Source: Longimicrobiales bacterium (GTDB lineage: Bacteria; Gemmatimonadota; Gemmatimonadetes; Longimicrobiales; Gaopeijiaceae). Taken from it: DNA of 64,000 bases. Both the position numbers and the translations under genes were made by a program. The stretch's first letter is position 1. Each line of letters begins with the position of its first letter. Positions 56,165 to 64,000 of this stretch are shown here, one piece after another. The notes beneath the pieces were generated by a model. That model ran no database searches, was not told the origin of the DNA, and saw only the letters and a list, made by a program, of their open reading frames with translations. The stretch is taken from NCBI GenBank assembly GCA_965203485.1, contig OZ241892.1, positions 2,240,001-2,304,000 of the forward strand, in the 5' to 3' direction.

Positions 56165-57070
56165 ATGTCCGCGCTTCCGCTCAGGCCCCTTGGCTTCGGC
56201 GAGGTGCTGGACTATTCGTTTCAGCTCTACCGGAAGGACTTCGCGGCCTACACCTCGATCGCCCTGCTGGGTCTGTTGCCCGCCAAGTTCCTCGGCGTGC
56301 TGTCGCTGGACGCCTCGAACGAGATGGTGCTGAGCTTCACCGGCACCGGCGGGCTGGACTTGGCGGCGATGGCGTCCGCGCTCGGCATGAGCGCCCTCGC
56401 GATCCTGGCGGTGCTCGCGGTGGACCTGGCCCTGGCGGTCGGCATGGCCAGCGGTGCGCAAGGGCACGCGCCACCCGCCACCGGGTGGTGCTACCGGCGC
56501 GGCGCGAGGCGGTTGCCCCGGCTGGTGGCGTCGGGGCTCGTGGTCATGGCCGCGGTCGGTCTGCTTCTCGCGTTTTGGACCGCAACGACGATCCTCGCCG
56601 TCGCGTTCGTTGCGCGCGGCGGCTTGTGGCTGGCCGTGCCGACCGCAGCGCTCGGAATGGCTTGCGGAGTCCTGGCCGGGATATGGCTGGTGGCGGGCAC
56701 CGCGGTGCTGTTGCCCGTCGTGGCGCTGGAGGAGCACGGGCCGGCAAGTTCGTTGCGCAGAAGCTTCCGCTTGGCGCGGGGGGCGACGATGCGCACGGCC
56801 GCCGTGATCGCCGTGGCTGCGGTCATGATGTCGTTGCCGGCGGCGGCGGTGGCGACGTTCACGGGCACGTGGCAGCAACTGACCGAAGGCGCCTCGTCGG
56901 TCGTCGCCGCCAGCGGCGCGCAACGGTGGCTGTGGGAAGCCGTCGGCCTTCTGGTGGCGTCGGTCACCACGCCGTTGTGGGTGGCGTGCAAGATGCTGCT
57001 CTTCCACGACCGCCGCGTGCGTGCCGAGGGGTACGACATCGAGGCGGCCGCGGGCGCGCTCGCGAGCTGA
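56165..57070 (+). CDS. Integral membrane protein of the MoxR cluster
   Basis: AGGAG RBS; LRPLGFGEVLD..F.LYR; SLRRSFRL; DRRVRAEGYDI. Confidence 0.8.
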   Translation: MSALPLRPLGFGEVLDYSFQLYRKDFAAYTSIALLGLLPAKFLGVLSLDASNEMVLSFTGTGGLDLAAMASALGMSALAILAVLAVDLALAVGMASGAQGHAPPATGWCYRRGARRLPRLVASGLVVMAAVGLLLAFWTATTILAVAFVARGGLWLAVPTAALGMACGVLAGIWLVAGTAVLLPVVALEEHGPASSLRRSFRLARGATMRTAAVIAVAAVMMSLPAAAVATFTGTWQQLTEGASSVVAASGAQRWLWEAVGLLVASVTTPLWVACKMLLFHDRRVRAEGYDIEAAAGALAS

Positions 57071-57073
57071 TCC

Positions 57074-57811
57074 GTGCCGCAGGATCCCGGACCTTCGCCG
57101 GACGAGATCGTCAGAGCGGTCGAGGCGGTCCTGAGCGGCCCCGAGTTCCAAGCGCGCGCGGTCGGCGTCCGCGCGTTGCTGTCGGAATGGATCGAGGAGC
57201 ATCTCTGGGGCCCGGTCCGCGCGATCCTCGAGACGTTGTTCGACGGCATGCCCGCCGGCGTCCCCGTGGCAGCGGCCGGCGTCGTCTTGGCCGCGGCCGT
57301 CTGGGCCGCGTGGCGCGCGGGCGCCGCATGGGCGGCGGCGCGGAAGCGCGGGCGGACGGGAGACCCGCTGGACGACGGTGGGCGCGCCTCGGTCCGCTCG
57401 CCGGACGATTGGACCCGCGTCGCGGCCGCGCGGGCCGGCGCGGGAAGGCTTCGGAGCGCGGCGACGGCTCTGTACATGGCGATGCTCGGGCGCCTCGACC
57501 AAGGGGGAGCGCTGGTCTTCCATGCCTCCAAGACGCCCGCCGAGTACGCCCGCGAAGTCGCGCGCGGGCCCGGCCACGCCGGAGCACATCGGTTCTTCGG
57601 CGCCTTTCAGGCGCTGGCCTTCGGGCGCGGAGAGCCGACGCCGTCCGCGTATCGCGAACTGGAGAGCTTGGCATGCGCCTCGGGCAGGGGAGCGGGCGAG
57701 GCGGGAGAGCCGCGCGCGGGGTGCGGCCGGCGCCGCGAACTCGCCGGCCTCGATGCGGCCGACGCGGCGGGGCGGCGGCTGGACGTGGCCGGCCCGGGAG
57801 GCCCGGCATGA
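57074..57811 (+). CDS. DUF4129-like protein
   Basis: TM followed by SKTPAEY...AFG; operon position. Confidence 0.7.
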   Translation: MPQDPGPSPDEIVRAVEAVLSGPEFQARAVGVRALLSEWIEEHLWGPVRAILETLFDGMPAGVPVAAAGVVLAAAVWAAWRAGAAWAAARKRGRTGDPLDDGGRASVRSPDDWTRVAAARAGAGRLRSAATALYMAMLGRLDQGGALVFHASKTPAEYAREVARGPGHAGAHRFFGAFQALAFGRGEPTPSAYRELESLACASGRGAGEAGEPRAGCGRRRELAGLDAADAAGRRLDVAGPGGPA

Positions 57812-59040
57812 GCAGCCCTGCGCGGGCTGGGGCGTTGGGCGTCGCGCTGGCCGCGGCGCTGGGCGTGGGCACGTGGCTGGTGGGCGGAAGCGGGTACGTG
57901 GCGGGCGGCGTCCCCGTCCGGAGCAGCCTGCGGACCAGCCCGGACGGGGTCGCGGCGCTGAGCAGGGCCATCGCGCGGCTGGGCACGCCGGCGGCGCCGC
58001 GCATGACGCCGTTCGCCGACGCCGACTCGCTGCGCGGAACCCTGGTGGCGCTGGAGGTGGACGATCCCATCAGCCCACGCGAAGCAGGCGCGTTGCTCGG
58101 GTGGGTGCGGGCGGGCGGCGTTCTGCTGTACGCGCCGGCCCTGCCCCGCTCCGGCCTGCGGTTGGGCGGGGGGAGCAGCTCGGTCCAGCCGTTGCTCCTC
58201 GACTCGTTGGGGCTTGCAGCGCAACCTGCGGCGGCCGGCGGGCTCGCCCGCGGCCCACCGCCGGACCGGCTGGCCGCGCGCTGGGCGCCCCACCCGCTCA
58301 CGGCCGGCTTGGCGTCGCCCGGGCAGGTGCGCTACGTGGTCGTGGAGGATTCGCCGACACGCGAAGCGCCGACGTTGAGCGTCGACACGTTGTTGGCCGC
58401 GCCCGGGGCGGACCAAGAAGGCTGGGCCGCCGCCGTGGTCGCGCTGGGCCGGGGCCGCATCGTACTGTTCGCGAGCGCGGAACCGCTGGCCAACGGGCGG
58501 GCCGCCGAGGCTCCGCTAGCCCATCTCGCCATCCGAGCCGCGGTCGCCTACACGTCCCCGCCCGACACCGTGTTCTTCGACGAATTCCACCACGGCGTGC
58601 ACGGCCTGGGATCGCCCCTCGACGCGGCTTCCGGCTTCGCGCTGGGCACGCCCGCGGGGCGGGCCGTCCTCCATGGAGCGGTCGTACTCGTGGTCGCGTT
58701 GGCCTTCGCGGGCATCCGCTTGGGCGCACCCCGCGATCCGCGCCCGCAAGAGCGGCGGTCGCCGCTCGAGCACGCCTCCGCGCTGGCCAGCCTCTACGAG
58801 CGGGCCGGCGCGCGCAACACGGCGGCGGCGCTGCTGGCGGCCCGGCTGGCCCGGGAAGCGGGCCTGCCCGCTCCCCGCGACCCCGACGAAGCCGCGGCGC
58901 TGCTGGCCAACTTGGAGCGCAGGCGGGGCCCCAGCGCCGCCCTCGATCGCATCGGACGGGGGTTGCGGGCGAGTCCCCCGGACTTGGTGGCCGTCGCGGG
59001 CGGAATCGACCAGTACTCCGAAACGAACGCGCGCCGATGA
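57808..59040 (+). CDS. DUF4350-like protein
   Basis: SSLRTSPDG, WVRAGG, FDEFHHG, RLG, EHASALASLYERA. Confidence 0.75.
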   Translation: MSSPARAGALGVALAAALGVGTWLVGGSGYVAGGVPVRSSLRTSPDGVAALSRAIARLGTPAAPRMTPFADADSLRGTLVALEVDDPISPREAGALLGWVRAGGVLLYAPALPRSGLRLGGGSSSVQPLLLDSLGLAAQPAAAGGLARGPPPDRLAARWAPHPLTAGLASPGQVRYVVVEDSPTREAPTLSVDTLLAAPGADQEGWAAAVVALGRGRIVLFASAEPLANGRAAEAPLAHLAIRAAVAYTSPPDTVFFDEFHHGVHGLGSPLDAASGFALGTPAGRAVLHGAVVLVVALAFAGIRLGAPRDPRPQERRSPLEHASALASLYERAGARNTAAALLAARLAREAGLPAPRDPDEAAALLANLERRRGPSAALDRIGRGLRASPPDLVAVAGGIDQYSETNARR

Positions 59041-59984
59041 CGCCGACAGACGGAATCCGCCGTTTGGCGAACGAGCTGGAGCAAGTCGTCCTGGGCCAGA
59101 CCGAGATGGTGCGCCAGATGTTGGTGGCGCTGCTCGCGGGCGGACACGCCCTGGTCGAGGGCGTGCCCGGAACCGCCAAGACGCTCGCGGTGCGGGCCCT
59201 GGCCCGGGGGCTGAGCCTCGGCTTCGGCCGGATTCAGTTCACGCCGGACCTCATGCCTACCGACCTCGTGGGGGTGAACGTGCTGGACGAGTCCGGCCGC
59301 CGCTTCGAGTATCGGCCCGGCCCCGTCTTCGCCGACGTCCTCCTGGCCGACGAGATCAACCGCGCGCCTCCCAAGACCCAGTCCGCCCTGCTGGAGGCGA
59401 TGGAGGAGGGCCGGGTGACGGTGGACGGCGCGACGCGCCCGCTTCCCGGCGCGTTCACGGTGTTCGCCACGCAGAACCCCGTGGAACACGAGGGCACCTA
59501 TCCGTTGCCCGAGGCCCAAGTGGACCGCTTCATGATGAAGATCGCGGCCGGCTACCCGGATGCGGAGGACGAGGCGCGGATACTGGATCGCTACGACGAT
59601 GGATTTCGCGCGGGCGACGAGCGGACCTTCTCGATCGGCGAACACGTGTCGCGCGAACAGCTGTTGGAGGCCCGGCTCGCCGCGGACCGCCTTCATGTGG
59701 ACGAACGCATCCGCCGCTACGTGACGAGCATCGTGAGGGCCACCCGCGACGAGCCGACTCTGTCGCTGGGCGCAAGCCCCCGGGCGGGCGTGGCTCTCTA
59801 CCAAGCGGCCAAGGCGCAGGCGTTCCTGGAGGACCGGGACTACGTGACGCCAAGCGACGTGAAGGAGCTGTCGTTTCCCGTGCTCCGGCACCGGGTGATC
59901 CTGGCGCCGGAGGCCGAAGTGGAGGGAAGATCGTCGGACGACGAGCTCGCGTCCCTGCTCGAGCGGACCGAAGCGCCCAAGTAG
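59037..59984 (+). CDS. moxR: MoxR-family AAA+ ATPase
   Basis: EGVPGTAKT, RIQFTPDLMP, ADEINRAPPKTQSALLEAM, GTYPLPEAQ. Confidence 0.96.
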   Translation: MTPTDGIRRLANELEQVVLGQTEMVRQMLVALLAGGHALVEGVPGTAKTLAVRALARGLSLGFGRIQFTPDLMPTDLVGVNVLDESGRRFEYRPGPVFADVLLADEINRAPPKTQSALLEAMEEGRVTVDGATRPLPGAFTVFATQNPVEHEGTYPLPEAQVDRFMMKIAAGYPDAEDEARILDRYDDGFRAGDERTFSIGEHVSREQLLEARLAADRLHVDERIRRYVTSIVRATRDEPTLSLGASPRAGVALYQAAKAQAFLEDRDYVTPSDVKELSFPVLRHRVILAPEAEVEGRSSDDELASLLERTEAPK

Positions 59985-59986
59985 GC

Positions 59987-61288
59987 GTGGCGAGGGTCGT
60001 TCCCGCGGCGCGGGCCCTGTGGCTGTTCGGGGGTGCGTCCCTGCTGTTCCTGGCGTCGGCGGCGGGCGCGCTGGCGGCGGACGTGCTGGTCGCGGCCCTC
60101 GTGCTGGCGGACGCGCGGCGAGCCCGGATGCCCTCGGTGGCGCGCCGCGCACCCGCGACGCTCGCGTTGGGCGAGGCGGCCGAGGTGACGCTGGACGTCC
60201 GAAACGAAGGTCGCCGATTCGCTCGCGTGCGCCTGACGGACGACGTCGGCGCCAACCTCGAGCGCGCCGAATCGGGCGTCTGGGACCGGTACGCGAGCGT
60301 CGGCGTGCCCGCCGCCTCCACCGTCCGCCGCTCCTATCGCGTGCGGGCGCGCAAGCGAGGCTTCGCGCGCTTGGGTCACGTCCACCTTCGCGTCCGGGGC
60401 CCCTGGGGCTTGGCTTGGAGGCAGGGCGAAGTCGCCTGCAGCCAGGAAGTGCGCGTGCAACCGGGCATCGGCGCGTTGCGCGAGCGGCGGACGCACGCCG
60501 TGCGGCGGACGCTGGCCGAGGCCGGCCCCCGCAGAACCCGCCGCAGAGGCGAAGGCCGCGAGTTCGAGAGCCTGCGCGACTACGCTCGGGGAGACGACCC
60601 GCGCGCGCTCGACTGGAAGGCGTCCGCCAAGCGCGGCAGGCTGACGGTGCGCAGCTACGAAGCAGACCGGCACCAAAACGTGGTCCTCGCCATCGACGCC
60701 GGCCGGCTCATGCGGGAGCGCTTGCTCGACAGGGAGCGGGCCGACTACGCGTTGGCCGCCGCGCTGCTGCTCTCCACGCGCGCCCGCGCCTACGGCGACC
60801 GCGTCGGCGTGCTGGTCTTCGACGACCGCGTGCGCTACGTCGCCCCGCCCCGGCGTCCCGACCCCGCAGAGCTGGCCGAGACCTTGGCGGGCGTGCAGAC
60901 GCGGCTGGTCGAGCCGAACTACCCGCTGGCGATGGCCACGCTGGCCCGCACCTTCCGCCGACGGTCGCTCGTGGCGCTGTTCAGCGACGTGATCGACGAG
61001 ACGGTCTCGCGCTCGCTCGTGCGTTCGTTGGCCCGCACCGGCCGCGTCCATCTGCCGATGGCGGTGGCGATCCAGAACCCCAGCCTGGCGGAGGCTGCCG
61101 CCGCACCTGCGACGACCGAACGAGCGGCCTTTCGGCGGGCGGCGGCCGAAGAGCTGGTGCAGGCGCGGGCCGCCGCGCTTGCAACGATGCGTCGCTCGGG
61201 CGTCCTCGTGGTGGATGTCCGTCCCGGCGACACCATGGCGCGCACGCTCGACATGTACGCGGAGGTCAGGGAACGAGGACTGCTGTAG
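59987..61288 (+). CDS. DUF58 (VWA-like) protein
   Basis: EFESLRDYARGDD...DWKASA, IDAGRLM, FSD. Confidence 0.92.
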   Translation: MARVVPAARALWLFGGASLLFLASAAGALAADVLVAALVLADARRARMPSVARRAPATLALGEAAEVTLDVRNEGRRFARVRLTDDVGANLERAESGVWDRYASVGVPAASTVRRSYRVRARKRGFARLGHVHLRVRGPWGLAWRQGEVACSQEVRVQPGIGALRERRTHAVRRTLAEAGPRRTRRRGEGREFESLRDYARGDDPRALDWKASAKRGRLTVRSYEADRHQNVVLAIDAGRLMRERLLDRERADYALAAALLLSTRARAYGDRVGVLVFDDRVRYVAPPRRPDPAELAETLAGVQTRLVEPNYPLAMATLARTFRRRSLVALFSDVIDETVSRSLVRSLARTGRVHLPMAVAIQNPSLAEAAAAPATTERAAFRRAAAEELVQARAAALATMRRSGVLVVDVRPGDTMARTLDMYAEVRERGLL

Positions 61289-61344
61289 GCTGAACGCGCC
61301 TCTTCGGGCAAGCCGGAGCCGGACGGCGCGGCGCCACTTGAGTC

Positions 61345-61760
61345 GTGAGGGATTCGGCGCGCGGCGGCGAGGCGGTGGGCCAACCGGATTCGGCGCACCC
61401 TGCGATCGAGGACGAAGACGTGGTGTCCGCATCGGAACGGGGCCGGGTGATGACGCGTACGCCCGAAGACTACAGGACCACCACCGGCTGGACGCGCTCG
61501 ATTTTCGTTCGCCAGATGGAGGACGGCGACATTCTGACCGTCGTGAAGGTGTGGCCCGAGAACGTCGCCGCGGGCGCGAGCGCCGAATGGCTCGTCGTGT
61601 CGCCGGACGGACGCATCTTGGCCCGCACGCCCGTCGCGAAGGCGTACCACGTCCGGAACGCGACGCCCGACGGCCATTGTTTGGCGGCATATTGGGACGG
61701 CGACTCGCCGCAGACGGCGGTGGCCAAGCTGGACGTGGACAGTGGCGCCGAACCGGTGAG
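61345..61760 (+). pseudogene. Possible C-terminal remnant of a beta-propeller-type protein
   Basis: Beta-strand pattern GDILTVVKVW...EWLVVSPDGRILART; no signal peptide; ORF runs on into the convergent gene (to 61956). Confidence 0.35.
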
Positions 61761-61835
61761 TCTTCCGGCTCGGCGTGCTGGCGGGCGTCTCGGGCAACGT
61801 CGACGTTGGACGAGCCAAGGCCCGGAGGGCCGCCG

Positions 61836-63578
61836 TCAGCTCCTGCGGGTCGCGGCGGCGGTGCGCCCCGCCATGCCGAAGTACAGCGCCAAGCCGGCCG
61901 CGCTTGCCGCGCTGAACGCAAACTTGGCCGCGGAAGGCAACCCGGAAGGCGAGTAGAATCCTTCCACCAAGCCCGCCGCCAGCAGCAGCAGCGCGGCGCA
62001 ACCCAGCGTCGAGAGCGATCGGCGGGCCTGTTCCGCCAACGCCGCCCGCCGAGTGCGCCGACCGGGAAGCAGGACCGCCTTGCCCACGCCGAAGCCGGCG
62101 CCTCCGGCCAGGCAGATGGCCGTCAGCTCGATCACGCCGTGCGGCGCCACGAAGGCGAGCAGCACCGGCAACACGCCGGAGTTCGCGTAGATGCCGAACA
62201 CGGCGCCCAGGAAGACGCCGTTCAACACGAGGACGCAGGCCGTGCCGAGACCGCCCAGCACCCCGGCGGCGAAGGTCAGGAAGGCGACCTGCAAGTTGTT
62301 CGTCGCGACGCCCGACGCCAGCACCGCCATCGAGTTCGGCGACACGTCGACGTAGGCGGCCTCGGCGTCGCCGCGCGGCGTGTTCTCCACGCGGGCGAAC
62401 ATCTCGGCGGGCACCACGGACCGGCCGAAGCCGGGGTCGGCGCGGACGGCCGCATAGGTGGCCGCCCCCGATCCGAAGAGCAGCAGCGCCGCCAGCCCGG
62501 CGCCGAGCGCCTGCGCACGCGCCGCGCGCGGCAGCACGACGCCGACCCAGCGGGCCACCGAGGGCCCGGCGCCCCTCTGCGCCCGGTACAGCAGGTTGTG
62601 CCCGGTGCTCGTCCACTTCTCGAGACCGTAGAGCAACGACGGGGGCGCCCCGTAGGCCCGCGCCCGGGCCAAGTCCGCCGCCATGCCCCGGTAGAGGCGT
62701 CCAAAGCTCCGCACATCGCCCTCCGACAGGCGGGCCAACCCGCGCTTCCTGGCACGAACCACCAGACGGCCGTACGCGCTCCAAGCCGTGCTCCGCCCGC
62801 GCGCGAGGGCGGCAGCTTGGCGTCCCCAAGCGTCCGAGGCGCCGCCGCGGCGCGCGGCCTCCTCGCGGTGCAGGCGCTCCAGTCCGTCCACGAGTCGTCC
62901 GCGGCCGAACTCTTGGCCGGCCGCCGTCTCCGGCAACGCAGCCGCCACCTTCGCCGCGAGCTTGGCCCGAATCGGCGGGGCCAAGCCGTCCCTGCGAGCC
63001 ATGTAGCGACACAGCAACGCGAACTGCTCCTCGCCCAGCTGCGGACGCCCCTGCCCCGGCGGCGGAAGGGCCTCCTCCCACGGCGCCTTGCCCCAACCGT
63101 CGTCGCGGACGACGATCGTGTCGGCGGCCATGTCGCCCAAGCGTTGCGTGCGGCCGCTGCCCATCATGACCGCGCCCCCAAGCGCGCCCGTGATCCCCGG
63201 TTGCAAGTCCACCGGCCGAATCAAGTTGCGAATCACCGCCCCCCTCGGCGTGAGCGGATGGCCGGCCGCGTGAAGCACGCGCAAGCCGAGGAGGCGCTTG
63301 CCCGGAGTGCGCCCGTCCCACAGAGCCTCGAACCCCATGAAGTAGCCCCAGGCGAGGACGAACACCGCGACGATCATCGCGGAGAGCCCAAGTCCCTCCG
63401 CCAACCCTTCCCCACCTGCAAACGCCGCCACGCTCAAGAGCACCGCGCTCATCGCGCCAGCCAGCAATGCCGCGTCGGCCAGGAACGCGGCGAACCGCGA
63501 CCCCAGGTCCGCCAAGTCGTAGTCCAGGCGGACATGCTCCGGCGCCTCCAAGCGCACGCGCCGCCGCGCCCGGTCCAC
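61836..63578 (-). CDS. RDD domain fused to SpoIIM (DUF95) membrane protein; start may extend to 63632
   Basis: LADLGSRFAAFLAD, GRTPGKR, QRLGDMAADT; then DLARAR, NNLQVAF, PHGVIEL, AGLVEG. Confidence 0.9.
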   Translation of the reverse strand: MDRARRRVRLEAPEHVRLDYDLADLGSRFAAFLADAALLAGAMSAVLLSVAAFAGGEGLAEGLGLSAMIVAVFVLAWGYFMGFEALWDGRTPGKRLLGLRVLHAAGHPLTPRGAVIRNLIRPVDLQPGITGALGGAVMMGSGRTQRLGDMAADTIVVRDDGWGKAPWEEALPPPGQGRPQLGEEQFALLCRYMARRDGLAPPIRAKLAAKVAAALPETAAGQEFGRGRLVDGLERLHREEAARRGGASDAWGRQAAALARGRSTAWSAYGRLVVRARKRGLARLSEGDVRSFGRLYRGMAADLARARAYGAPPSLLYGLEKWTSTGHNLLYRAQRGAGPSVARWVGVVLPRAARAQALGAGLAALLLFGSGAATYAAVRADPGFGRSVVPAEMFARVENTPRGDAEAAYVDVSPNSMAVLASGVATNNLQVAFLTFAAGVLGGLGTACVLVLNGVFLGAVFGIYANSGVLPVLLAFVAPHGVIELTAICLAGGAGFGVGKAVLLPGRRTRRAALAEQARRSLSTLGCAALLLLAAGLVEGFYSPSGLPSAAKFAFSAASAAGLALYFGMAGRTAAATRRS

Positions 63579-63633
63579 GGCCGAGCCGCCCGCCGTCGCA
63601 GAATCGCGCACCGATGATGAGTTCGCGGCCAAG

Positions 63634-63707
63634 TGCCGGAGGAGGGACTCGAACCCCCGACACGCGGATTATGATTCCGCTGCTCTAACCGACTGAGCTA
63701 CTCCGGC
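63634..63707 (-). tRNA. tRNA with CAT anticodon, most likely elongator tRNA-Met; CCA not encoded
   Basis: GCCGGAGTAGCTCAG...GCGGAAT-CAT-AATCCGC...GGTTCGAGTCC...TCCGGCA; paired 1-72; no initiator GGG/CCC anticodon stem. Confidence 0.95.
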
Positions 63708-63718
63708 GAGGGTAGCCA

Positions 63719-63747
63719 AAGCTCCCGTAACGGCACCGGCGTGTCAA
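63719..63747 (-). promoter_or_regulatory. Putative promoter of tRNA-Met
   Basis: Consensus TTGACA, then N17 and GAGCTT. Confidence 0.5.
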
Positions 63748-64000
63748 GCCGGGATTTGGTCGGCGCCGGGAGGCGTCGGGCCGGGTCTTAGTTCGGACTC
63801 AATGGACGCAAGCATTCCGCTTCCGATTCCCGTCCAGCGTCGCCCGCTTCCGCTAGACGTTCTGCTTCGTACGCGGCTCCGTCTTCCGGGTAACCGGCGT
63901 CGCCGGGCTCTCCCACCGGATGCTAGAACGAGTTGGCCCGAGACAAGATCCAGGCCCATATGTTGGCAGAGTCCCCGGACCCGCCGTAGAGACGGTCCGG

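Noticed and set aside
31266..63707. Genomic island or prophage bounded by tRNA-Val or tRNA-Met
   Set aside because: I saw no integrase and no duplicated tRNA 3' end, and the interval contains core genes.
63634..63707. tRNA-Ile2(CAT) assignment suggested by nearby tilS
   Set aside because: The sequence looks more like an elongator tRNA-Met and tilS is about 9 kb away; an isotype-specific covariance model would settle it.
63744..64000. 71-aa ORF 63744..63959(-), or a stop-interrupted minus frame (PDRLYGG...NSF*HPVGEPG...SPN*) at the window edge
   Set aside because: No recognisable motif and truncated by the window; gene end, pseudogene and non-coding DNA cannot be told apart.

Overview
High-GC (about 70% by eye) bacterial chromosome segment. 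Gene content and order (SusC/SusD-type pair, type-2 IleRS, tilS-hpt-ftsH, RDD-SpoIIM fusion) suggest Gemmatimonadota; this is an inference. In order, the window holds: two tandem secreted TPR-like paralogs; a minus-strand run of CoA-transferase, a lower-GC SusC-SusD-lipoprotein block, TRAP dctPQM and enoyl-CoA hydratase, divergent from an FAD/Fe-S oxidoreductase; a doubly frameshifted Rpn nuclease gene whose internal small ORF is intact; thiI, a Thr/Ser dehydratase, an aldo-keto reductase, S10 and M19 peptidases, and an orphan Cys-rich lipoprotein; two paralogous TonB-dependent receptors followed by a membrane protein with an M15-like Zn motif; tRNA-Val; cytochrome c; a pair of amidohydrolases; an NCS2 permease fused to a degenerate RsbW-like domain; a housekeeping block (rluA-family, ileS, PNP, yggS, tonB/exbD/exbD/exbB, cdaA, ftsH, hpt, tilS) with an IS1182 element inserted at the ftsH stop codon; a MoxR-DUF58 cluster; and tRNA-Met. 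No reverse transcriptase, cas genes, integrase or prophage genes were recognised. The best novelty candidates are the NCS2-pseudo-HATPase fusion (possible sensor), the broken Rpn gene with its intact intragenic inhibitor ORF, and the TBDR-TBDR-M15-like module. All family calls come from motif recognition by eye, not from database searches.
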